DNA from: Candidatus Woesearchaeota archaeon | GTDB lineage: Archaea > Nanobdellota > Nanobdellia > Woesearchaeales > GW2011-AR4 | NCBI GenBank assembly: GCA_016181305.1 | Contig: JACOZN010000010.1 | Coordinates: 66,814 to 130,813 of the forward strand | DNA length: 64,000 bases | Direction of reading: 5' to 3' | Shown: positions 25,846-33,550 of the stretch, one piece after another | Numbering within the stretch: the first letter of the stretch is position 1 | Layout of the letters: each line of letters opens with the position of its first letter | The notes under the pieces: model-generated | Databases searched by the model: none | Seen by the model: only the letters and a program-made list of their open reading frames with translations | Told to the model about the DNA's origin: nothing | Made by a program: the position numbers and the translations under genes

Positions 25846-27222
25846 TTAATAAGCCGGCGCAAATACAGCCGAGTAAGCTGCTTTTTTGCCGCAATGCACG
25901 CATTTGCCTGACTTTATCGGACGAACAACCCTAACTGAATTTTTGTTTGCCTTTTCCCTTATCTGCTTTGCGCAGCCTATACTGCCGCACCATAATGCCT
26001 CTATAAACCCTTTCTTTCCGGAAGCAATTTTCTCAAATTCCTGCCATGAGCCTACTTTTGAGATATGGCTGCTGTGGAATTCTTTGGCTTTCCTGCAGAG
26101 GTTGTCCTGAATTGAATTTAATGTTTTTTGTATTTCTTTTAATAATAAATTTTTACTTGTCTTGGTTTTTTCCAATGTGTCCCTTCTAATTAATGTAAAG
26201 TTATTTTTTTCAGATAAAACTATGATCGGGGCGCCCATCAAAATCCAATAGCCAATTTTTTCATTATTGCTTTTTTTTGACTCATCATTAAAAACCCTGA
26301 TTCCATTATTTTTTAATAAATCAAACATTTTTTCATTGAAATCCGCAAAAACAACTTGATAAGGCGCGATTTTCGGCGGAATTACCAGCCCTTTGTTGTC
26401 GCCATGAAGCATGGCTAATGCCCCGATAACCCTCGTTGTTATCCCGTTGCAGGCTTGATAGGCAAACTCGCCTTTTCCGCTTTTATTCCTGAATTTTATG
26501 CTGAATGCCTTGCTGAAATTCTGCCCTAGATAATGCGATGTTGCAGTCTGGACTGACTTGAAGTCAGGCATCAGCGATTCAAGGGCAAGCGTGTATTCAG
26601 CGCCCGGGAACATCCTATGCTCCGGCTTAAAGCCGCTTATTACCGGCATTGCAAGGCAATTTTCATGCAAATCCCTGTAGACATCCAGTATCTTCCTGAC
26701 ATATTCGTCTGCCTCTTTTTTTGTGGAATGGACTGAATGGCTTTCCTGCCACAGGAACTCGTTGCCTCTCAATAAAGGCATATTCGGCTTGAACGACTCC
26801 CATCTCATCACAGAGCAGTATTGGTTTATGCACAGAGGAAGATGCTTTTCCTCCTTGACCCATTTTGCTAGGGATTCATAGATTATTGCCTCTGAGGTTG
26901 GCCTTATCACATATTCCTCCTCAAGAGTGCTGTGCCCTGCCTTGGACACAACAAGAACTTCCCTGAAGAAATCCTCAAAGTGCTTTGTCTGCTTCTTGAA
27001 GGACTTCAATGGAATGAGCGCAGGGAAGTAATATTCTTTAAATCCCAACGGCATTAATTTATTGTCTAAATAGCTCTTTATCAGGCTCCATATCATAAGG
27101 CAGTATTCATGATAAACGACGCAGCCTTTCACTGCAGAAAAATCAACAAGCTTGGAAGCTTCTATAACTTCATGGTACCACTTCACAAAGTCTTCTTCCT
27201 TATTGGTTTTGACAGAAATCAT
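25846..27222 (-). CDS. proS: Prolyl-tRNA synthetase, archaeal/eukaryal type
   Basis: N-terminal 'DFVKWYHEVIEASKLVDFSAVKGCVVY', class II core blocks, and a C-terminal Cys-containing domain ending in '...CVHCGKKAAYSAVFAPAY' (terminal Tyr is typical of this type). Confidence 0.85.
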   Translation of the reverse strand: MISVKTNKEEDFVKWYHEVIEASKLVDFSAVKGCVVYHEYCLMIWSLIKSYLDNKLMPLGFKEYYFPALIPLKSFKKQTKHFEDFFREVLVVSKAGHSTLEEEYVIRPTSEAIIYESLAKWVKEEKHLPLCINQYCSVMRWESFKPNMPLLRGNEFLWQESHSVHSTKKEADEYVRKILDVYRDLHENCLAMPVISGFKPEHRMFPGAEYTLALESLMPDFKSVQTATSHYLGQNFSKAFSIKFRNKSGKGEFAYQACNGITTRVIGALAMLHGDNKGLVIPPKIAPYQVVFADFNEKMFDLLKNNGIRVFNDESKKSNNEKIGYWILMGAPIIVLSEKNNFTLIRRDTLEKTKTSKNLLLKEIQKTLNSIQDNLCRKAKEFHSSHISKVGSWQEFEKIASGKKGFIEALWCGSIGCAKQIREKANKNSVRVVRPIKSGKCVHCGKKAAYSAVFAPAY

Positions 27223-27231
27223 ATTGGCGAA

Positions 27232-28305
27232 TCAGCGCTGAACCTTTATATATTCTTCACCCCTTCTTGTTGTGTAGCTTTCAAAATAGCCTATTACAAT
27301 CCTGTAGTATTCTTCCCCGCTTTTCAGCGGAGTAACCTTTTCCAGGATGCCTGCTGCAACTATGCTTTCCCCCTTGAAAGCCTGCAGCATGAAATCCCTC
27401 GCGTATGTTACAACTTTCTTTACATTGACATCAGGACCCTGGATTACTCTTGCATTTTCCAGTTCATAGTAGCCCGGGCGCACAACTCCATTGTAATCAT
27501 CCTTGACTTTTCCTTTTACGGTAGCCATTCCCATGGGGGTGTATTTTTCATCACCCCACTTGACGGATAATTCATCAGGATTCTCAACGCCGAAAACCGA
27601 GACAACTGTCTCTCCAAAATAGACGTCAATAAATTTCCTCCTTGAATGCCAGATAAACTCGTCCTCTGAAATGAACAGTCCGGCATTGTAAGAGGCGAAG
27701 TATTTCTTCCACTCCTCAAGGCTTTTCCATCTCAGCCACGGGTGCTTTGCATTTTGTATGAAATTTATATATTTCCAGTAATTATCCTTTCCAAAAACTA
27801 TTATATCAATATCCGACCTTCCATAAGTATAAGTGCCAAGCAATGTGGAGTTGGTTACTCCCAAGTCAGAGGCTTTCAAGCCGCTTTCCAAAACTAAGCT
27901 TAAAAATCCATGCGCCCTCTTCATGTAATCGTCCATCTCAGAGCCTTTCATCGCAAGGATTCTTTTCACGCCGTCTTTTGGATTGGGAAGCTTTGCTATC
28001 TTGTTTCTTGGAACCCCCATAAACCACGTTTTATGCAGTGGGCTGTCATACATGTAGTCCGGGTACGCTTTTCTGAAGTCATCTATGTACGACTTCAGCC
28101 TTTTCTCGTCAACTGCCCAATAGTCAAACCTTCTCACGTCGCTGCCATGTATGTTTCTTTCCTGGAATCCCGAGCAGTCTATCTTATGCCTTGGAATGTA
28201 TTTTGGCTTTGCTATCACAAAGCCGTCAGGATGGTCGTTTGCATAGCTCTTCAGCTGCAGTCCATCATCGCTCCACATTATCATGGACTCGTAAAAGTGC
28301 GTCAT
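27232..28305 (-). CDS. Predicted Pol-beta-superfamily nucleotidyltransferase with C-terminal OB-like domain
   Basis: 'GVTNSTLLGTYTYGRSDIDIIVFG' is a G[ST]...DxD minimal nucleotidyltransferase motif. The C-terminal region 'ATVKGKVKDDYNGVVRPGYYELENARVI' looks beta-rich. The start overlaps the upstream stop as ATGA. Confidence 0.55.
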   Translation of the reverse strand: MTHFYESMIMWSDDGLQLKSYANDHPDGFVIAKPKYIPRHKIDCSGFQERNIHGSDVRRFDYWAVDEKRLKSYIDDFRKAYPDYMYDSPLHKTWFMGVPRNKIAKLPNPKDGVKRILAMKGSEMDDYMKRAHGFLSLVLESGLKASDLGVTNSTLLGTYTYGRSDIDIIVFGKDNYWKYINFIQNAKHPWLRWKSLEEWKKYFASYNAGLFISEDEFIWHSRRKFIDVYFGETVVSVFGVENPDELSVKWGDEKYTPMGMATVKGKVKDDYNGVVRPGYYELENARVIQGPDVNVKKVVTYARDFMLQAFKGESIVAAGILEKVTPLKSGEEYYRIVIGYFESYTTRRGEEYIKVQR

Positions 28306-29705
28306 TTTGCCTCCTGTGAATTTGCTACAAATTTGCTTTTACCCATATATTCCAGAAACTCCCTTACATTGTGAATTTCAAGAAGGTTTGTCCTTTTTGA
28401 CTTGCTGTGGAAGATGGACGCTATTATGGCTATCTGGTCCGTTTTTCCTATAAATCCCTTTTTTAGCGCCTTCATAATGACTTTCTTTTTGTCGTTGTTT
28501 GATATGTCATCAGTGTCCATATCAACATGCAGCGGGCATATGCCCCATAACAGATGAAGCTGCCTGAAAATTTTCATTCTTGAGGTTGCCGCTATGGTTT
28601 TGCATTTCAGCCTTTTGCCCGATATCATCCTTGCAGAATACCCCCCCGATGTCATTATAAGCAAGGCGTCTATGCACAAAATCTTCTCCAGCTCTGAAAC
28701 TGCATCGCCTATGAATCTCGTCAAGTCATGGCTTGCGCTCCTGGAAGCTTCTTCAACTGCAATCTCAGCATTCTTTATAATTCTGGAAAGTGTTTCGACT
28801 GATTTGAGCGGGAATTTCCCAGCTGAGGTTTCATCCGACAGCATTATGCAGGATGCACCTTCAATAACGGCATTTGAAATGTCGTATACCTCCGGCTGCA
28901 TCAATGGTTCTCCTGAAACCGAGGAGTTAAGAATATTGCCCGATATTATGACGGGCTTTCCATAAGCGCTGCACTTATTGATGACTTCTTTCTGGAATTT
29001 CGGTAGGGCTTCAATGCCAGCGCCTGCAAAACTGCTCCTGTCGAAAACAATTCCGTAAGCCTCATCAATTATCTCTTGATTATTTTTCAGCGATTTCCTG
29101 CCAATTTTTGCTATTACCTTGATTTTGTCGCCTATGACTTGACTTATATCGCTATAGCCCAGAAGCCTGCTGACTTGGCGTATGTCCTCTGCACTATCAG
29201 CCGGAACAATAACAAAATCTATGTCATTTTTTACGGCAAACTTTATCCAGCTTCTGCTTTGCTTTGCGCTGATGTCAAGCAGTATCGGGATGTCGCCTGA
29301 CGCGTGCCTGATGTTGTGGATTATGCTGAGCACAGCCTTGTCATCTATGCCTGAGGCGTCAATCCTGGCAGCGTCCATTCCGCTCCCAACCAATTTCCTG
29401 ACTTTGGCTGGGTTATTTGAAGCCGGCCCTATGGTGCACATGACTTTGGTTTTCTTTTTTCTTTTTTTGTTTTCTTTCTCTTCAATTGCATCATAGAATT
29501 CTTTGGCCCTGCCGGATTCATTCACCTCGTAGAAGAGCGCGTTATTCCTGCGGTTTGCAGCAACATTGCCGGATTTTTCCAGACTCTTTAACACCTTGAA
29601 TGCGCTTCCCACGCTTATGCCGAGCATTCTGGCTATCTGGTTGATATTGTAGCCATTTCCGTGGTTCTTGTATAAAAACTCGAAGATTTTTGCCTTGTTG
29701 TCCAT
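28302..29705 (-). CDS. Winged-helix DNA-binding domain fused to a degenerate pyruvate-kinase-like scaffold (lid domain and Mg ligands missing; C-terminal allosteric domain kept)
   Basis: N-terminal 'YNINQIARMLGISVGSAFKVLKSLEKSGNV' is a wHTH. It is followed by 'KKTKVMCTIGPAS...GMDAARIDAS' (PK N-terminal barrel), 'ILLDISAKQSRS' running straight into 'IDFVIVPADSAEDIR', then 'AKIG', 'FDRSSFAGAG', 'IMLSDETSAGKFPLKSV', and a PK_C-like end 'LLIMTSGGYSARMIS'. Confidence 0.7.
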   Translation of the reverse strand: MDNKAKIFEFLYKNHGNGYNINQIARMLGISVGSAFKVLKSLEKSGNVAANRRNNALFYEVNESGRAKEFYDAIEEKENKKRKKKTKVMCTIGPASNNPAKVRKLVGSGMDAARIDASGIDDKAVLSIIHNIRHASGDIPILLDISAKQSRSWIKFAVKNDIDFVIVPADSAEDIRQVSRLLGYSDISQVIGDKIKVIAKIGRKSLKNNQEIIDEAYGIVFDRSSFAGAGIEALPKFQKEVINKCSAYGKPVIISGNILNSSVSGEPLMQPEVYDISNAVIEGASCIMLSDETSAGKFPLKSVETLSRIIKNAEIAVEEASRSASHDLTRFIGDAVSELEKILCIDALLIMTSGGYSARMISGKRLKCKTIAATSRMKIFRQLHLLWGICPLHVDMDTDDISNNDKKKVIMKALKKGFIGKTDQIAIIASIFHSKSKRTNLLEIHNVREFLEYMGKSKFVANSQEAK

Positions 29706-29708
29706 TTT

Positions 29709-29784
29709 AAAAGTGAATAATAATTATAAAAAAGTGAATAAAAAGCGTTTATAAATGTTTCTATTTTTAAGGATGTTATTCACT
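29709..29784. repeat. Three copies of the octamer GTGAATAA (two direct at 29713-29720 and 29734-29741; one inverted at 29777-29784) in the divergent promoter region
   Basis: Read directly from the sequence. The two direct copies are each preceded by AAAA and flank the putative TATA box of the wHTH-PK-like gene. Confidence 0.5.
29724..29732 (-). promoter_or_regulatory. TATA-like box (minus-strand TTTTTATAA) for the wHTH-PK-like gene
   Basis: The proximal edge is 19 nt upstream of ATG 29705. This is somewhat short, and an alternative TTTATAAA lies at 29748-29755. Confidence 0.3.
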
Positions 29785-29842
29785 ATTTTGGCTGAAATGC
29801 TGCTGACAGCCCTGCCGGAGGAGGAAGCTGCCTTAAGAAAGG

Positions 29843-29850
29843 CTTAAATA
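29843..29850 (+). promoter_or_regulatory. TATA box CTTAAATA for the 29873 gene
   Basis: It ends 23 nt upstream of ATG 29873. Confidence 0.5.
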
Positions 29851-29872
29851 GTGGGCGGGAAAACACAAAATT

Positions 29873-30757
29873 ATGGAAAAAGCCGATAATATAACTTATA
29901 AGGCGATAAGGGCAAAGCAGGCTGCTGACTTAAAATCAAAAAGCATAAGGTACATGGTTTACAGGCGCTTCTCAACGCCCTTTACTTATGCATTTGTAAA
30001 GTTGGGAATGTCGCCAGCTTCTGTGTCCATATTAAATTTTTTTGTTCCTTTGGTGGGCTTTTATTTTTTAATAAGGGGCTCTTACGCATCGATGATTATT
30101 GGATTATCTTTTTTCATGTTATTTAAAACGCTTGACTGCTGCGACGGCGAAGTTGCCAGGATACAAAACCCGAAGGCAATGGACCCCATGCACAGAAGAT
30201 TGGAAGGGGCTTATTTCGATGGGCTCTCAAATTACATATACGCTGTTTTTCTGGGGATGGGCCTTGGAATCGGGCTTTCTGAGATGTACGGCAGCAGGCT
30301 TTTTGTCAGCCTTGGGGTGATTTTGACAATTTTTTTGACGCTTGAGGTAGCAATAATTGATGTCATGAAATCGTATTTCAGAAGAGGGCTGATAGAGAGG
30401 AAATTGATGAAGATAACTGATAAATATGCGATGGAAAAGCTGATAGGGAAAATAAACAGTATAGAAAGTGGGGAAGTAAGCATATTCAAAAAATTGCTTC
30501 GGGTATATCCGACACCAGGCTTGCTTTATGCAACTGAATTTTTTGCACTTGTATTGATTGTAATAACATTGGCGGAATATGCCATGATAAAAAATTTTAA
30601 TGCGGGGTTTATATTTTATCAGTTTAGCATACTTGCATTATACCTTTTAATAGTGACTGTTGTAAGGGCGATGAACATTTCAATATTTGTATATAAAATG
30701 AAAAAGCACGAGTACATGACAAGTTTGCTGGAAGAGCTTCAGGGCAAAAAGTTATAG
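29873..30757 (+). CDS. CDP-alcohol phosphatidyltransferase-like integral membrane protein with a deviant signature
   Basis: 'LDCCDGEVARIQNPKAMDPMHRRLEGAYFDGLSNY' has DGxxAR present, but the spacer to G is about 15 aa rather than 8, and the last Asp of GxxxDxxxD is Asn. Several hydrophobic segments are present. Confidence 0.5.
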   Translation: MEKADNITYKAIRAKQAADLKSKSIRYMVYRRFSTPFTYAFVKLGMSPASVSILNFFVPLVGFYFLIRGSYASMIIGLSFFMLFKTLDCCDGEVARIQNPKAMDPMHRRLEGAYFDGLSNYIYAVFLGMGLGIGLSEMYGSRLFVSLGVILTIFLTLEVAIIDVMKSYFRRGLIERKLMKITDKYAMEKLIGKINSIESGEVSIFKKLLRVYPTPGLLYATEFFALVLIVITLAEYAMIKNFNAGFIFYQFSILALYLLIVTVVRAMNISIFVYKMKKHEYMTSLLEELQGKKL

Positions 30758-31228
30758 GTTTCTTGCTACGGATTTGCTTGATTTTTTATGCTTTGCTAAA
30801 ATGACTGCCAAGTACACAATGGCGCTCCCTATCAAAATGTAGATTGAATGGTTTGGCCATATAAGGTTGAGTGTGTAGTTCTTGTTTGTAAAAGGAAAAA
30901 ACAAGCGGGTGCCGACCTCCGTAAAATGCCTGATTGAAAGGTCTGACAGATAATGGCTCACGGAGCCCAGATTGAAGTACAGGACGATTTTTGTTTTATC
31001 ATAATTGAATAACGGGATTGTAAGCATGCTTAACAGAAGGGACATGAATGGAGTGTGAAATGAAACAAAAGAGACAAGAGCAGGGGCTTTAAAGTAGAGG
31101 TAAAACAGATTCATTTTTGACAGCAAATCAGGCGTAAGCGCCCCGAGAATAACTATGCTTTTTTTCTTTATATTGAACAACTCCGCCAATATAAGCCCTA
31201 TTATCAGATGGGACATCAGGTCAGGCAT
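30752..31228 (-). CDS. DUF457/YdjM-like membrane-bound metal-dependent hydrolase family protein
   Basis: The 'MPDLMSHLIIGLILAELF' start and internal 'SFHTPF' and 'SHYLSD' His-containing motifs are typical of this family. Confidence 0.6.
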   Translation of the reverse strand: MPDLMSHLIIGLILAELFNIKKKSIVILGALTPDLLSKMNLFYLYFKAPALVSFVSFHTPFMSLLLSMLTIPLFNYDKTKIVLYFNLGSVSHYLSDLSIRHFTEVGTRLFFPFTNKNYTLNLIWPNHSIYILIGSAIVYLAVILAKHKKSSKSVARNL

Positions 31229-31670
31229 TTTTGAAGCCCCCTGAAGTGAGCTTCCACTCCCTTAAGAATATTGCAAGAAACAGGATGATTGCAACGAATG
31301 ATATTATGTACAGTATGTGGTTGTAGTTGTAATTATGGTAGTCAATCATTTCTATAGTGCCGTCGCCCCTGAAATTTGCATACAAAGCCGTTTCGCCCAA
31401 AACAGGCTTTTTGATGCCTGAGCCTGAGATTTTTAAGTCCGTGCTGCCGATATTAAAAACAAAATGCCCCTGGCTTATGTTCACTACCCTCCCCATAATC
31501 TCCATCTTATGCCCGTCGTATTTTTCCGGGCTGCTCAGGTAGTTGCTTATGGTGAAGCCGTCCTTTGCCTTGCCAAAAGTCCTCAGATTGTCGTAAACAA
31601 AAGCCCCTATAAACAAAGCCAGAACCAAAAGATAAAGTGCCCTGCTGAGATTCCCTGATTTTTGTGCCAT
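31221..31670 (-). CDS. Hypothetical membrane protein (N- and C-terminal TM helices flanking a small beta-rich/OB-like domain)
   Basis: 'ALYLLVLALFIGAFVY' and 'ILYIISFVAIILFLAIFL' are hydrophobic segments. The 8-nt overlap with the downstream gene suggests a real CDS. Confidence 0.5.
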   Translation of the reverse strand: MAQKSGNLSRALYLLVLALFIGAFVYDNLRTFGKAKDGFTISNYLSSPEKYDGHKMEIMGRVVNISQGHFVFNIGSTDLKISGSGIKKPVLGETALYANFRGDGTIEMIDYHNYNYNHILYIISFVAIILFLAIFLREWKLTSGGFKNA

Positions 31671-31676
31671 GCAGTT

Positions 31677-33479
31677 TTAATTAAACCCGTTTGCATACTG
31701 GTCAAGCCAGAGCTTCAATATAAAAATTGTCCACAAGCCGCTGGTATAGTCTTTTTCCTTATTGTAGTGCAGCCTGAGCAATTTGTCCAGGTAATTCCTG
31801 CTGACGTACCTGTCAAGCTCACTTTTCTCTGACAAGCTTCCCCTAACCAATTCTTTTAGTTCTTTCCGCATGTAGATCTCCAACGGGAATGTAAATCCCT
31901 GCTTTTTCCTGTAGATTATGCTCTTAGGGAGAATACCAACAAGTGATTTTTTAAGTATGTATTTGGCTTCATTTCCTTTCAGCTTCAGGCTCGTGGGTAT
32001 TTTTGCCGAGAACTCCATGAAACCATAGTCAAGGAAGGGCGCCCTTGCCTCAAGGCTTACAAACATTGATGACCTGTCAAGCTTTGTCAAAATGTCGTCC
32101 ACGAGATAGGTGTTTATGTCTGCATTGCTTATATTATCCAGATAGTCCGGGTAAACAAAAAATTTTTTGCAGTAATCAGAGAAATCAAAATTGCCCAAAA
32201 AAAGGTTTTTTCTCAGATCGGACCTGAAATTTGCCCTTAACTCGGCATATTTTTCATATTGATTTAATTTGATGAACTCAAGATAGTTTCTTAATTTTCC
32301 GAATGGCAACGATAACAGTGGGCTGATAAATTTTTTGGGCAGGTAATCCTGCAAAGCCAGGAGCCTGTACTGCAGATACCTCTCATAGCCCAGAAAAGAC
32401 TCGTCACCGCCGTCCCCCGACAACGAGACTGTGACGTGCTTTCTCGCGACCTTGGAAACAAGATATGTAGGAACCATGGAAGGGTCCCCGAACGGCTCAT
32501 CGTACTGCTTCACAAGATTTGGGAGCAGTTCCCTGACGTCGTCTGCATCAAATGAAATATCATGATGCTCTGTATCAAACTTCTCGGAAACCATTCTGGC
32601 GTATTTTGACTCGTCAAACTGGCTGTAGTCAAAGCTGATTGAAAATGTCTTCAAGTCGCTCTTATATTTTTTAATGCAAGCAACAATTGCGCTGCTGTCC
32701 AGCCCGCCTGACAGGAAAGCCCCAACAGGCACGTCTGCTACCAGCCTTCTTTTTACAGCCAAGTCCAAATGCTCCCTTATTTTTTTTACAAAAAAATCCT
32801 CGCTTTCGTTTATTTTGTCTGAAAAGCCCATCTGCCAGTACCTTTCTATGCCTATTTTGGAGTCCTTAAACAGCAATGTGCAGCCTGCCTCCAGCTTGTT
32901 GATATTGTTAAAGATGGATTTATTTGCCGGCGTATAGCCATAAGTCAGGTAAAAATAAAGCGCCTCTTTGTTTATTGAGGCTCTTATTCCTGCCCCGAGT
33001 ATTGACTTGATTTCTGATGCAAAAACGAGCTTTTTGCCGTTGTGAAAGTAAAAAAGCGGTTTTTTTCCGAGCCTGTCCCTTGCAATAAAAAGCTCCTTCC
33101 TTTTTGAGTCCCATATCGCAAAGGCAAACATTCCGTTGAATTTTTCAACACATCTTCTGCCGTATTCCTCATATGCATGAATTATGGCTTCTGTGTCTGT
33201 GCCTGTCCTGAACTTATGCCCTTTTTTTTTGAGCTCCTGCCTTAGCTCGATGAAGTTGTAGATTTCACCATTAAACACAATCCACTTTGTGCCGTCCTCA
33301 TTTGAAATAGGCTGCTTTCCCTTCTCACTCAAGTCAATGATGCTCAGCCTTCTGCTGCCAAGGCTTACGCGCCTGTCAGTATAGAAGCCTGAATCATCAG
33401 GCCCCCTGTGCCTTATCTCGTCAGACATAGCTTTGATTAATCTTTTGTCATTCCAGTTGAACCCCACAATGCCGCACAT
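31677..33479 (-). CDS. asnB: Asparagine synthase (glutamine-hydrolysing)-family amidotransferase
   Basis: 'MCGIVG' is the N-terminal nucleophile Cys, and 'VGAFLSGGLDSS' is the PP-loop. Confidence 0.85.
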   Translation of the reverse strand: MCGIVGFNWNDKRLIKAMSDEIRHRGPDDSGFYTDRRVSLGSRRLSIIDLSEKGKQPISNEDGTKWIVFNGEIYNFIELRQELKKKGHKFRTGTDTEAIIHAYEEYGRRCVEKFNGMFAFAIWDSKRKELFIARDRLGKKPLFYFHNGKKLVFASEIKSILGAGIRASINKEALYFYLTYGYTPANKSIFNNINKLEAGCTLLFKDSKIGIERYWQMGFSDKINESEDFFVKKIREHLDLAVKRRLVADVPVGAFLSGGLDSSAIVACIKKYKSDLKTFSISFDYSQFDESKYARMVSEKFDTEHHDISFDADDVRELLPNLVKQYDEPFGDPSMVPTYLVSKVARKHVTVSLSGDGGDESFLGYERYLQYRLLALQDYLPKKFISPLLSLPFGKLRNYLEFIKLNQYEKYAELRANFRSDLRKNLFLGNFDFSDYCKKFFVYPDYLDNISNADINTYLVDDILTKLDRSSMFVSLEARAPFLDYGFMEFSAKIPTSLKLKGNEAKYILKKSLVGILPKSIIYRKKQGFTFPLEIYMRKELKELVRGSLSEKSELDRYVSRNYLDKLLRLHYNKEKDYTSGLWTIFILKLWLDQYANGFN

Positions 33480-33509
33480 TTTCTTTGAAAATCCCAGATA
33501 AGTATAGTA

Positions 33510-33519
33510 TTTATAAATA
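33510..33519 (-). promoter_or_regulatory. TATA box (TTTATAAA palindromic core) for asnB
   Basis: It lies about 30 nt upstream of ATG 33479. Confidence 0.45.
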
Positions 33520-33550
33520 TATACTTACCGCCTAAGGCAGAATAGAACAA

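Noticed and set aside
25336-25911. 191-aa plus-strand ORF
   Set aside because: It is antisense to the PHP-domain gene and the 3' end of proS. No motifs were recognised, and the same explanation covers the other antisense ORFs. These are 37052..37504, 37998..38537, 38873..39370, 49156..49773, 51158..51661, 57980..58546, 6685..7098, 35811..36245, 12234..12620, 28594..28965 and 56154..56591.
28302-29705. Calling this gene a functional glycolytic pyruvate kinase
   Set aside because: The B/lid domain is missing, both Mg-ligand acidic residues appear substituted, and an N-terminal wHTH is attached. It is treated as a PK-like pseudoenzyme/regulator candidate.
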